From NCBI GenBank assembly GCA_964016885.1, contig OZ024740.1:326926001-326990000 (forward strand): 64,000 nucleotides of DNA, in the 5' to 3' direction. Position 1 is the first letter of the stretch, and each line of letters begins with the position of its first letter. A program made the position numbers and the translations under genes. Shown piece after piece: positions 1-12,437 of this stretch. Source of the DNA: Eledone cirrhosa (Eukaryota). The notes beneath the pieces are model-generated. The model saw nothing but the letters and a program-made list of their open reading frames with translations, searched no databases and was not told where the DNA came from.

Positions 1-2
1 TC

Positions 3-1490
3 CGCCAAGGATGTCCCCTCTCGTCCCTATTGTACGTATTGACTCTCGAGCCATTACTGCACAAACTGGAGACGTTGAGGGGGGTCCCGCGCGAACTAGG
101 ATGCGGAAGATCCGTGTCAGCATATGCGGACGATGTCACCGTAGTGGTGTCGAACGCCAAACACATCGAGGCGATCGGCACTACACTAAGAGAATACGAA
201 GCGGTGACAGGAGCAATGATCAACCAGGAAAAGTCAGTGGGACTGCAGCTCGGCACCTGGAGAGGCAGGTCCATGCCGTCCAACAGCGTCGTCGGGCGCT
301 GGACGGACGGACCGGTTAAATTGCTAGGGGTCTGGTTCGGTCCAGACCTCCAGACGGACAAAAACTGGGACGAGGTGACGAGCAGGGTGGCTTCTCTCAC
401 CCAGAAATGGGTCGAGAGGAAGCTATCCCTGAAAGGTCAAGCGGAGGTGGCGAATGCGTACATCGCATCCGTCATCTACTACCGCCTGACCGTCGTACCT
501 TGTCCTAAGCCCCGCCTGACTGCGCTGGAGCGTTTGCTCTTTCGCTTCTTGTGGAAGGGACGCGCTCTGATGGTCAGGCGGTCCATCTGCTGTCAACACC
601 CGCTATGTGGAGGGCTGGGCATGCCGTGGCTGATGATGCGCAGACACGCGCTCAGGCTACGACATCTCCACCTCTTCCTCGACGGTGATCAGGTGTGGTC
701 GCCGTTTGCTAGACACGTTTTTCCCCAGCTCGTCTCCTTGACGGAGCTGCAGTCCTGGGTCAAGCGAAGACCGAGAGGGAGCGCTTGGAGACTGGAATGT
801 CTTCAGGCGCTCACAGCCCTCGACCAATCGGGCAATGTGATCGGTGGAAACTCCACCTTGGCGTTCTTTAGGGGATTAGTGGAGGGGAAGAGCGACGACG
901 TACTTGGAAAAACTCTAGGCGTCGACGAAAATCAACTAGCCAATCTCTTCGGAAGGACTTTCGGTCCGGGGCCTATGGACAACTTCCAGAAATCCCTGGC
1001 CTGGCACTGCTACCGAGGAGCTTTGCCAGTTCGGGATAAACTCTACAGGCATGGAGGTGCCGTCAGCCGGGCATGTCCGAGATGCGCGCAGGGCGACAAA
1101 ACCGTCCTGCACGCACTCGTCCAGTGTCCGAGCATTGCTGACTTGTGGGTTTATGTCGAACACCTGCTGTCACGTGTAGGACGGATCCAGCTATCAGCTG
1201 AGTCCATCGTGAGGATTGCCCCGCCCCCTTCCTTTAGCCGGGAAGGGCAGGCAGTTTTTATCTGTCTGGTGGCCATGGTGAAAGAGATAGTATGGTGGAC
1301 ACGTTTGAAAGGGCTGAAGACGAGCACTTACCTCTTCGGTGATGCCCTGATTAACTTTTTCAAATTTCATTTGAAAAGGAAAATCAGGGTAGAGAGGGAA
1401 GTGCTCTCTTCCCAGCATTTTGTTGAAAGATGGGTGAGAGAAACAAGTATGGCCCGAATGAATGGGCCTTCTCTGAGTATGTGTCTGTAA
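3..1490 (+). CDS. Non-LTR retrotransposon (L1/Tx1 group) ORF2, RT C-terminal half plus zf-RVT; cut by the window edge
   Basis: Open frame from nt 3 reads RQGCPLS..LY.L.LEP (RT motif B), AYADDV (motif C), KLLGV, GGLGMP and a C-terminal CPRC...TVLHALVQC zinc knuckle; no stops up to TAA at 1490. Confidence 0.93.
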   Translation, partial: RQGCPLSSLLYVLTLEPLLHKLETLRGVPRELGCGRSVSAYADDVTVVVSNAKHIEAIGTTLREYEAVTGAMINQEKSVGLQLGTWRGRSMPSNSVVGRWTDGPVKLLGVWFGPDLQTDKNWDEVTSRVASLTQKWVERKLSLKGQAEVANAYIASVIYYRLTVVPCPKPRLTALERLLFRFLWKGRALMVRRSICCQHPLCGGLGMPWLMMRRHALRLRHLHLFLDGDQVWSPFARHVFPQLVSLTELQSWVKRRPRGSAWRLECLQALTALDQSGNVIGGNSTLAFFRGLVEGKSDDVLGKTLGVDENQLANLFGRTFGPGPMDNFQKSLAWHCYRGALPVRDKLYRHGGAVSRACPRCAQGDKTVLHALVQCPSIADLWVYVEHLLSRVGRIQLSAESIVRIAPPPSFSREGQAVFICLVAMVKEIVWWTRLKGLKTSTYLFGDALINFFKFHLKRKIRVEREVLSSQHFVERWVRETSMARMNGPSLSMCL

Positions 1491-1733
1491 ATTAAAGGTG
1501 GGAAACTGGGAGAGGGCACTTGCCCTGGTGGTCAGGGCCACTGTGGTCTTTTAATGGGCTTTCTCCACAAATGTCCCTCGGAAGTTTCCCCCCTATTGGG
1601 GAATTTTTCTTTGTTATTTTATTACAACCTCTGTTTTTTTTACACGCAGAAATGCCCATTTGTACCGTCCTGTATTGTCCTGTACTGTCCTTAATGTCTA
1701 CTTCATGTAAACCCTTGTGGTTAATAAAGAAAA

Positions 1734-1790
<57 letters not shown>
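1491..1790 (+). mobile_element. 3' UTR and tail of the Tx1-like LINE
   Basis: T-rich UTR, AATAAA at about 1723, then (TTA)n at 1735-1790. Confidence 0.75.
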
Positions 1791-2082
1791 CAACCACAAA
1801 AATCAATACTAGAGCTTCCTCCTTCTGCCCCCCCACTGTCTCCCACACTCTCCCAGTTATAATATGATCGTGATACATGTTTTAATATGTATAATGAATT
1901 ACAGTAATTGTGTTGTTAATCTCTAAATTATTCAGTTGGAGGCTGATTTTAATTGATAAAAAGTTCATTTTTTTCCCTTCTTTCTTTCCTTCTTTATTTT
2001 TTTATTTCGTTCACTTCTAACACTATCCTTAACATCATCATCATCATCTTCATTACCATTGTCATTACTACCATCACAGACA

Positions 2083-2166
2083 TCTTCTTCTTCTTCTTCT
2101 TCTTCTTCTTCTTCTTCTTCTTCTTCTTCTTCTTCTTCTTCTTCTTCTTCTTCTTCTTCTTCTTCT
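2083..2166. repeat. (TTC)n microsatellite
   Basis: Direct reading. Confidence 0.95.
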
Positions 2167-2340
2167 CCTCCCCCTTCTCTCTCCCCTACGTCCCCTTCTT
2201 ATATCCCCCCCAGGCACTCGTCTCATTCCCACTTATCTCCTCTTATCTCGCTCGTTTTTATAATATAATAATAATGAAACTTATTGTATACAGTGTGTCT
2301 CTACCTCCTCCTCCTCGCCCTCACCTTTCATTCAGCTTCT

Positions 2341-2650
2341 TTACCTACAATATCTTTATATTACTATCACACTACACATAACTTACCTGTGTTTACCCCA
2401 TTACCTTCAATATCTTTATATTACTATCACACTACACATAACTTACCTGTGTTTACCCCATTACCTTCAATATCTTTATATTACTATCACACTACACATA
2501 ACTTACCTGTGTTTACCCTATTACCTTCAATATCTTTATATTACTATCACACTACACATAACTTACCTGTGTTTACCCCATTACCTTCAATATCTTTATA
2601 TTACTATCACACTACACATAACTTACCTGTGTTTACCCCATTACCTTCAA
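2341..2650. repeat. 60-bp tandem minisatellite, about 5.2 near-identical copies
   Basis: Unit ttaccttcaatatctttatattactatcacactacacataacttacctgtgtttacccca repeats line for line. Confidence 0.97.
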
Positions 2651-2699
2651 AATCGATTAAAAGCCAGGCATAATAAAAAAAAATTATGTAGTGCAACAG

Positions 2700-3110
2700 A
2701 GATTTACACGCACACATAAAGATACATACACCTACATACAGATATACAGTACACACACATATACAGATACATACACACATATACAGATATATACAGATAT
2801 ATACACATATACAGATACATATACACATATACAGATACATACACACATATACAGATACGTACACACATATACAGAATCATACACTCATATACAGATCCTT
2901 ACACACATATACAGAATCATACACACATATACAGAATCATACACACATATACATATACATACACACATATACAGAATCATACACACATATACAGTACATA
3001 CACCCATATACAGATACATACACCCATATACATATACATACACACATATACAGATACATACACACATACACGAGCAGATGCATAGGGAGATATGAACATA
3101 GACATATAGA
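2700..3110. repeat. Degenerate ~24-bp AC/AT-rich minisatellite (acacacatatacagatacat-like)
   Basis: Repeated acacatatacaga(t/a) units. Confidence 0.8.
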
Positions 3111-3425
3111 CAGGCATATAACAATCTTCATATACATGCACACACATATTGTAAACACATGCCGCACACAGGAAACAACAAGATCCACAATAAATACACA
3201 CACATATACATATATATATACACACACACATATACAGTTCATATACAATTCATGCATCATGCAATTGATTTCATTTTCCGTCACATCATTACACATACAT
3301 GCATGCACGCACATACACGCAGAAAATCTGCACACATATTTACACATATAAATCCGCCTACATATTATTTCCATGACTCGTACGCAGTCCCATATACGGT
3401 ATTGAACCCCTCCCCCCCACACATT

Positions 3426-3856
3426 CACCACCACCACCACCAGCACCCCCAGCACCACCAGCACTACCACCAGCACCAGCACCAACACCACTACCACCCG
3501 CAGCAGCAGCAGCAGCAGCAGCAGCACCAGCACCACAACCATCACCACCACCAGCAGCAGCACCAGCAGCAGCACCACCACCACCACCACCAGTAGCACA
3601 CCAGCACCACAACCATGACCACCAGCACCACCACCATCACCAGCAGCACCGCCACCACCAGCACCACCACCAGCACCATCACCACCAGCACCACCACCAC
3701 CACCAGCACCACAACCAGCACCACCACCACCACCACGACCACGACCACCACTAACACCACCACCACTACCACCACCACCACCACTATCAACAACAACAAC
3801 ACAACCCCACCACCAGCGCCACCGCCACTAGCACCATCACCACAACAACAGCAACA
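3426..3856. repeat. Compound (CAC/CAG/CAA)n trinucleotide tract
   Basis: Direct reading; produces the poly-His/Gln/Thr ORFs. Confidence 0.9.
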
Positions 3857-3879
3857 AAGTGAGTTCACCCGAAGCAAAG

Positions 3880-4075
3880 AAGGATTCTCTGTGCGGACAT
3901 TCGACCTGCTAGAAACTACAGCTAAATCTCTTTCAAATCACAACTAACCGTTGCAATATGTAAATATATGTTGGATAATGTAGAGTCCCATGCAGTAAGT
4001 CTGAAACAAAACTGGGATGGTCATTTCTTTTGTGAGAGATTTGATCGATCAGGGAAAACCTAGAGCTAAATAATA
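3880..4075 (+). mobile_element. Dispersed SINE-like repeat (related copies at about 26390-26590 and 28455-28660)
   Basis: Shared cgacctgctagaaa..cagctaaat and gatcgatcaggg segments; boundaries approximate. Confidence 0.5.
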
Positions 4076-4177
4076 AGTACAATGACCATAAACACAGAGG
4101 GTATTCACGTCTAACCGCATTATAACTCATAAACACATACAAAATTGCTTATATATATATATATATATATATATATA

Positions 4178-4292
4178 ACCAAAGATTAATATGGTTCATT
4201 GATTACTCAATGAATATAGTTTTACAATAGAATAAAAGCACTCTACAATGAAGTTTTCTGGAGTTATTAATATTATTCAGAATATTAATAAA
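4178..4292 (-). mobile_element. PLE-type 3' terminal fragment abutting (TA)n; homologous to 57375-57478 (+)
   Basis: Reverse complement taataactccagaaaa..tgtagagtgctt..tgtaaaact matches 57384-57437; both end in (TA)n. Confidence 0.55.
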
Positions 4293-4302
4293 TGAAGACA
4301 TT

Positions 4303-4383
<81 letters not shown>

Positions 4384-4531
4384 GAAATACATTGAATAAT
4401 ATAGTCTTAAATATGCTATTGGCGAAAAAAATACAAGATGATAACGGCAGGAAAATCTTTGATCATTGATTTGCTCAAGCAAGTTTGAGCTAGTGGGATG
4501 GAGGTATAAATAGAAACATCAATAATAACAC

Positions 4532-4719
4532 TAATAATATTCCATTATAACGAATACCATTATAACGACGAATTTTTCGGTATAACGACATTTTTTTCAA
4601 TCGAGGTAATAACAAAAAAACGTTCGATTTTTATTCGGTCGATCTCGTTATAAAGAACTTTTCATTGCAACGAATCTTTCTATACACCGTGAATTTCGTT
4701 ATAACGGAATTTTACTGTA
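4532..4719. mobile_element. Tc1/mariner (pogo/Tigger-like) MITE
   Basis: Imperfect TIRs attccattataacgaa / ttcgttataacggaattttactg followed by TA; internal ttataacga sub-repeats. Confidence 0.6.
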
Positions 4720-5537
4720 TTCATATTTAGACTCAGATTTGCAAACATTAAGCAAACACACTTACTCACAATACAACAGACAAACAGGTTGTAATGGGTT
4801 ACATATTATTCATATATATATATATATGTATATATATAAACATTTATATGTGACAACCAATTTACACATAATGAATACATATAAATGCTTCAAATAATAT
4901 AAAGTTGAATATTGCTAGGAATTTAAACTATAATAAAGTAAGGGTTGCGGGACTGCGTGCGGTTTATTTTTTTTATCCAGTTAGTAAAATAAGTTGGATT
5001 ACTTTGAATAAATATGTACTAAGTTTCGCAACTAAATTTCGTAAACATAAATAATTTAAAATTGACTTCTTTTCAAAGTTTCACATATCTACACTTCCGG
5101 TATATCGTCGCCACCACCACCACCACTTCAACTACCATATATATATATAGAAAGAGAGAGTGTGTGATGAGAGAGATAGAGAGATTGTGATTTTCTACAC
5201 GCTGACGCGTATGAGTGTGCACCTATATACATCTATATATATGAGTATATAACTATTATGAGTATATAAATATAATCGCGCAAACACAAACTTATAAAAA
5301 TACACTCACGGACATACATTCACACATATACTTTCATACAAACATACATACATTTACACTTATACATTTACACAAACACACACATACAGTCATGATAACA
5401 GCGTTCGGTGAATTAGAAATGGGAGGGTAAAACAAGTATAACGTTTTATTTATTCATTAACTCTTTATTTATTTATTAACCCTTTTTTTTTAAACTCATT
5501 TAATATAATGGTTACAGAACGAAAACACAAACAAATA

Positions 5538-5918
5538 TAATTGTTTCTACTTTTGGCACAAGGCCAGCAATTATCCCAGTGTATTACTGGTACTTTATTT
5601 TATCGATCCCGTAAGGATGAAAGGTAAAGTTAACCTCGGTGGGATTTGAACTCAGATCGTAAAGGGCCGTAACACTATGCTGTAAATTATGGCATCCGAC
5701 TCTCTACAGATACTGCCAATCCACCACCCTTTTAATAATTGTTTCTACTTTAGGCACAAGGCCAGCAATTATCACAGTGCATTACTGGTACCTTATTTTA
5801 TCGACCCTGTAAGGATGAAAGGCAAAGTTAACCTCGACGGGATTTGAACTCAGACCGTAAAGAGACGTAACTATGCTGGAAAGCATGGCGTTCGACCCTC
5901 TACCGATACTGCCAATTC
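5538..5918 (-). mobile_element. Two tandem copies of the tRNA-derived SINE with a Nin/Deu-type core
   Basis: Minus strand has A box tggcagtatc(g/t)g, B box gagttcaaatcc and core aactttgcctttcatccttac.gggtcgataaaataa.gtaccag. Confidence 0.85.
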
Positions 5919-6039
5919 AATATAATATATACAAAGGAAAGGGAAAGGAAAAAAAGAAAGAGAAAAATACACAAGCACGTAATACACACATCTTAGACCA
6001 CATAGACCACATAGAACAAAATGCAGGCGAAAGAGTGTA

Positions 6040-6546
6040 AAAACGAGCGGCTACCAGAGCAAAAGATAGCAATATAGCGAGGAGCACTGGGAAACCTCTC
6101 TAATAATTTTTGAGGCAGGACAGCACGCTCGCAGCGTTACCTGGGGTGATAGCCACGCTGAGGTGCTGGAACAACCAAGTGCCCGCACGAGCATCACCAG
6201 TTACCTCTGTTTGGCGAGCCGCCAGTGAAGATAAGATAAGTAGCCCGACTCCCCCAAACGTCTCGAACGTCACAGGCTGGATAATGTAGTTAGCTGACAG
6301 AACATGGTATTTTAGGATTTTGTTCCGTTCAGCTGCGGATGATGTAGCTCTCGCCCTTACCGCTGCATCCAGAATGTGGGAAGAAGCTAAAGAGTCATTA
6401 ACTGTGACGTCCCAGGTAAGGCACGTGCCTCTTGACCAGGAGCACAGAGTAAGACTGTCAAGTTTTTCATCATTCAGGACAACCCAGACGGTTCCAAAAT
6501 TGAGAGGATGTTTGCCCGAACCAAAGCTCTTGAGTGGTAATAGGAC
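6040..6546 (-). pseudogene. CRE-clade LINE C-terminal restriction-like endonuclease fragment
   Basis: Minus translation LEPSGL..SLTLCSWSRGTCLTWDVTVNDSLASSH..AAERNKILKY..QPVTFETFG..LFQHLSVAITPGNAASV matches the RLE pattern WD.T..D / AE..K..KY / QR.S.A..RGNA. Confidence 0.8.
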
Positions 6547-6720
6547 AGTGTGTGTATGTGTGCGCGCGTGAGTTTGTCGGCGTTCTTAAATTAGAGACAC
6601 GCGTGTGTGTGTCACTGTTTTTAAGTTAGATATATATATATGTGTGTATCCCCTTCCTTCCTTTTACACACACATACATTCCCACAAACACACATACACA
6701 TTGCGTGATGAACTTCTCTA

Positions 6721-7319
6721 ACTGAAGCAGTGAGAGAAGTCCAAGTATCTTGGAGCCGTGTTCATTAATGATGGAAAGCAGGAGGCTGAATTAAGTGCAA
6801 GAATTACAAAAGTTGATGCAGTGATGCGCCAGCCTCAGCATTCAGCAATCAGATGAGGGGGGGGGTAGTAGGTGTAAAAGCCAAACTCGCTGTCTTCCTG
6901 GTATTCCTGCCAACTCTTACCGAGGATCATGAATCTCGAGTAATGACCAAAAGAATACAATGGTAAATAAAAGTGGCAGAAATGGGATTCCTCCGAGGGT
7001 CTTTGGAGTAACGTTACTCGATAAAGTGCATAGCTCAGAGACCAGAGAGTCACTCCTGGTAGAGCCGCTACTTCTCCGAATTGAGAGATCACAACTCCGA
7101 TATTATGAGCATGTGGTTTGAATGTCTCAGGAAAGAATCGCTGGACACATTTTACAGGCAAAACCAACTGGCAAGAAACCCAGATAACATCCATGAGCTT
7201 GGCTGGTCACGCTTTGGGATCCAGCTGGATGTTTGCTATTGACAGACTCGCTGGAAGGAGTGTTTGAGAATGACTCTGCCCCCACGACCCTCTCAGAAAT
7301 AAGTGAGTGAAGAAGAAGA
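6721..7319 (+). mobile_element. Decayed RTE-clade LINE 3' fragment with (GAA)n tail
   Basis: LKQ.EK.KYLGAVF..DG remnant; homologous to 28678-28918 and 34217-34955. Confidence 0.75.
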
Positions 7320-7359
7320 TATTGTCAATTTACTTTTCAATTTACATATATATTTGCGT

Positions 7360-7930
7360 ATAATACCAATATGCTACCAGAAAACCGTACGAGGGCGGTT
7401 TTCCTGCTAGTAGCTCTAATAAAAACCAGTTGTCAATCAACCAGAGTTACCACAGGTCATTTAATGTATACAACGCCAAGGTCAGTTACAGCTGTCCGAA
7501 AACAATATCAGCACTATAATGATGAAGAATAATCTTAGAAGATTCACTCAACAGAACGTCCAGAAAGAATGTCATTTTTAGTCTTCATTGGAAACGTTTA
7601 GCAAAAGAAATTATCCACGACAGGAAGGTAACATTTCCGAGGAGTAATACGGAAACATATGTTATATTATTATGAGCAAAGGAAGCTTTAAAATCTATTT
7701 TCTCAACCATGAATCTACTTTCAGAAATGAGGAAAAGAGAAACACTAAAGCTTTATCCTAGATATGTATGGCAATTAAAAAAAATGCTCTATTGATCAAC
7801 GATTTCTCGTTAGATAGAGAAAGTACCAACTGCAGCGATCTAACATGTAACAGCCCAACAAAACGATATTTTAAACAAAAACAAAAATGAGGTCAACATG
7901 CCACCACGAAAACAAATTCTACCAAGCAAA
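7360..7930 (+). pseudogene. Highly decayed Naiad-like PLE thumb/GIY-YIG fragment
   Basis: Pieces YHRSFNVYNAKVSYSC, GSFKIYFLNHESTFRNEEKRNTKALS, YVWQLK and TCHHENKF parallel the PLE proteins at 20.3 kb and 38 kb. Confidence 0.65.
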
Positions 7931-8692
7931 CTACAATATCGAACAAGAACCTGGATGCAAACAAAAAAAAAAAGCATGATATAGAACGTCAACGATAATT
8001 CCGTTTTCTATTTTCAAACATTTCTCTAGTAATACATCGAGGCATCTTCAGCACAAAACTTTACATACAATAAAGTCAGCTACAAATATTATATTTACTG
8101 TATTAGGTGCATTGAGTACTCAATGCGCCTAACACACAAACACAAATCCATCTTCCAATTCAAAGGGACTGAGTTTGTGGCCTTCGCAGATTCCGCACGA
8201 GACCGGGGAACACAAAGTGGTGAATGTTCTGATTTAAATAGTTGCAAATCGGCAGATCAAATATTTACAGGGAGAGAAGTCCAGATGGGAGACGTTTTCG
8301 AAGAAGAGGGACTGGAGGGGTACACTTAGTGTAGGGGTTAGGGTGGGGCTTTGAGTAGGCGTGGATCCAATATTTTTGTAACTACAGGGAGGGCGTGCTT
8401 GAATGGAAGTGGTTCGAGGCCTGCCAGAGTAGAGAACACTGACGTTGCGGTCAAAATGTACTAAACACACACATATACATATATACATACTTACACAAAC
8501 ACATAAGTACACCTAAGATCAATTTATATGTACGACAAAGAACAAACCCCATGACGTACTAAATATAAATATTGATTGTTTCATGTACAGAATGTTTCAC
8601 TTATGTATTTTATGGCTTTGCTCATTTGATACTGTTTTATTTTCTAAATTTCAATTTCCCGATCTTCACATACCTCTTTCCCCCGCATATAC

Positions 8693-8820
<128 letters not shown>

Positions 8821-9055
8821 ACATAGACACAAACAAATGCAGACACACACATACATGCATATATAATTAACACATACTTGAGACAGTTATGTACTTACAT
8901 TAATATGGACACACAGATATCTAAATATATTTAAAATTACAAGATATCTTCGTTACAAGCGAATGTGCAAAATAAATGGTAGAGCTTAAAAGGTTTTAAT
9001 TTTAACTGAAACTGGAAAGATACACGCGTACATACATACATACACACATACGTAC

Positions 9056-9134
<79 letters not shown>

Positions 9135-9755
9135 TACATACATACGTACATACATACTTACACACATACATACATACATACATACATACATACATACATA
9201 CATACGTACATAGGTACATACATATATTTATGCATACATATGTATGTATATATATATATATATACAGTATATATATATATATATGTGTGTGTATCCCTCA
9301 TACACACACATATATACATATATATATATATATATATATCTACACACAAGCGCACGCCCACGTAGATACTTACACACACACACATTTACGCACTCATACC
9401 CCCCCCCATCACACATATATATATAGACATGTGTACAAAAAGAAGGCTATTCAAGTGATATTTAATAAAAAAACAAATAAAAATAAGATTATAAGTTTCC
9501 TGCGGATAATTGGATAAACAACCTCAAAGCAGAATAGACATACCAATAGGCAGTCAGACAGTCAAGTAGAAAAACATATAGAAATATGTGTAGTTAAATT
9601 AATGATGAAACGTTTAATGTAGGGAACATTAGAAATCTAAATATATATAACCATTGTCAAGTACAAATAATATAAAGCAATGATTTATATGTTAATTTTT
9701 TTTCGGTAACTCCGAAAATTAATTACGGGCATGTTTCGTTCTTATTATAACCTCA

Positions 9756-9956
9756 GAATCGGTAGAGAGTGGAACAATATGCTTAGTGGCAAAGAGTTAC
9801 GGCCTTTTACGTTCTGACTGCAAAACACGCCGAGGTTAGCTTTGCCTTTCCTCCTTACGGGGTCGATAAAATAAAGCACCAGTAACACACAGGGGTCGAT
9901 TTAATCGACTTTCCCCTCTCCCACAAATTGCTGACCTTGTGCCGAAATCAGAAACC
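9756..9956 (+). mobile_element. 5'-clipped Nin-core SINE with a 12-bp TSD
   Basis: attataacctca at 9744-9755 and 9957-9968 flanks the SINE body. Confidence 0.85.
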
Positions 9957-10447
9957 ATTATAACCTCATCAGTGAATTATAGCATTCGTCGTATTAACCG
10001 ACGTAATGGCAAAAGAATCACTTAGTAAATGTACAACTGTACAACATTATGCAACGATGGTAAAGGAAAATCGAATTGTTTAGAGAATAAATAATTCAGA
10101 TAATATTGCCGTTTCCGAATTAGAGAGATACATAGTTTGATAAACACTACTAGGTAACATTAGTAACTAACTGAATTATTTATATGCATGCATACACACA
10201 CTAATTCATACACGCATATATTTATGTACGTATACATATGCATACACAAGCCGCACACATATGGATACACACGTATATACATACTTATTTAAACCAGGCT
10301 GATGATCCGAATAAGGTGAAACAATTGTTCTCGGTAATGGCGAACTAACTGTTGTGGAACTACTTAGTGTGTGTGTATGTACTACATGATATATGATGTG
10401 CGTAAAGAAGTAAAGAAAATGAAATACGCATAAACCATACATATACG

Positions 10448-10484
<37 letters not shown>

Positions 10485-10785
10485 TATGATGTATATATAT
10501 ATAGGATATATATATATATATCTTCCATGACTTGCAGTACATATCTTATATATGTCATGCAGTACTTATCTTATATATTACCTCCTCCCTCTTTCTCACT
10601 CCCCTATTTCTCTCTATTTCTCTCTGTTTTTCTTTACATACATTTCTTCTTTTTCTCCGTCTTTATTTGTAACTGTGATTAACACTAAATATTTATAAAC
10701 ACTTCACTACCAAGCCAGCCTCCTACCTTAATGGTCGCTATATTTATGGTACGTCAAAATTATTTATAAAACTGGTTATATATTG

Positions 10786-10851
10786 TATTTTATCTGACGA
10801 AGGCATGCCATATTTTTAATATGGTATCCCTGAAATATGTATAATGAAATA
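10786..10851 (+). ncRNA. Type I hammerhead ribozyme (PLE-type, minimal stem III)
   Basis: Stem I tattttat/atgaaata; CTGACGA at 10794-10800; stem II agg-c-atgccatatt..aatatggtat-c-cct; GAAA-tatgta-TA; predicted cut after 10843; element ends at ttttgca(TA)n near 10983. Confidence 0.85.
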
Positions 10852-10979
10852 AATATGGTTTTATAAATATAGTTTCCATTTGTTTAATATCGTATATCTA
10901 CTCCAAAAACTTGTCGAGTGTTTTATATCAGTTATAAAATATTTACTTGTTGTAACCTAACAATTTAAAATAAAACTTT

Positions 10980-11041
<62 letters not shown>

Positions 11042-12299
11042 AGATATGTACTATATGACATACGCTGTGCTTAAATCGAAGATTTAATCAAATATACATA
11101 AAACATAAAACATTAAAGAACTTTTTGTTTGTCTTCTTCCAAAATACATTGATCTAATTTATCTACTTCTCTAGATCTTTCTCTTCATCATCGTTGGCGT
11201 TCTTCCGCTTTGTAAAGAAGTTTTAAGATCATCTGATTATCTGCCTCTACCTTTGATCTTACCAACCTGTAATTTAGCTTTAGCTCATATGGCTCTGTCG
11301 ATTTGAAATTAGGTCAAGAATAAATTCTGTATTCTATGATTTGATTTTTATATTAACGGTCCCTTTTTCAGATTTGGATGTCACCACAATGGTAATCCGA
11401 TAGCAGGGATTTTTCTCCCACGAGTAAATAGTCGTTGAATTATAATACACATGCGCGCGAATTGTGCGCGTGTGTGTGGGAGACGTATGTGTGTCTGTAT
11501 GTGATGTGCGTATTGAGTGAGTAGGTGTATTTGTATGTGTATTGTATATATATATATGTGATGTGTGTGTCTGTGAGGATCTCTCTCTGTCTGCCTGTCT
11601 GTTTGTCTCTCTACCCCTTTCTCTCTCTCTGTGCAAAAAAAAAAAAAAATGAAAAAATTGAGCCCTTCTAAAAGTATTAAAGAAGCTTCCAGCCTTCTCA
11701 AAAGTCTTTAGAAATATGGAAACAGAACTTTGTATGGAAACAGAACTTTGTAAATGGTAAGAGATCGATTAAGCACATCCGTCACGAAGGAAGACTAGAC
11801 TAGGCTTATGTGGAAGCTTCCCATAAAAAGAAACAGCATTAACCATTGGAGGTTTTGGAGCATAAAACCTACTAATAAGCCTATAAGAAAGTTAATTCCA
11901 GGTTTCTGTTACTAAATACCTTTAATGATACATTATGGTAATTATCTATCAATAAAAATATTGACAAAACTGTGTGGAGATCAACTAACACACATAACTT
12001 AGTCCGAAGATACCCAGCCCAATCCCGGTTTCATACACATACATACATAATACACACACACACTCATACATATATATACATGCAAAGCATCAATATAGAT
12101 CCTGAGCCACGCATCTGTGAAACGGGCGGAACTGTATGTAATCAATAAAGACCTTAATGTGAAAACTCGTTTTATTTTCTCTCTCTCTATATATATATAC
12201 ACATACATATATGTGTGTGAGTGCCTCCGTTGTGTGCGATATATATATATCTATATCTCTCTCTCTATATATATATATAACACACACACACACACACAT

Positions 12300-12437
<138 letters not shown>

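Noticed and set aside
2341-2650. CRISPR-like periodicity
   Set aside because: Units are contiguous and identical with no unique spacers; eukaryotic context
3159-3947. Poly-His/Gln and poly-Thr ORFs with a donor-like aa|gtgagt at about 3859
   Set aside because: Pure trinucleotide tract with an in-frame stop at 3594-3596 and no unique coding context
8010-8060. CTGAAGA...GAAA on the minus strand after the decayed PLE
   Set aside because: No convincing stems I/II or UH site, and antisense to the adjacent PLE remnant
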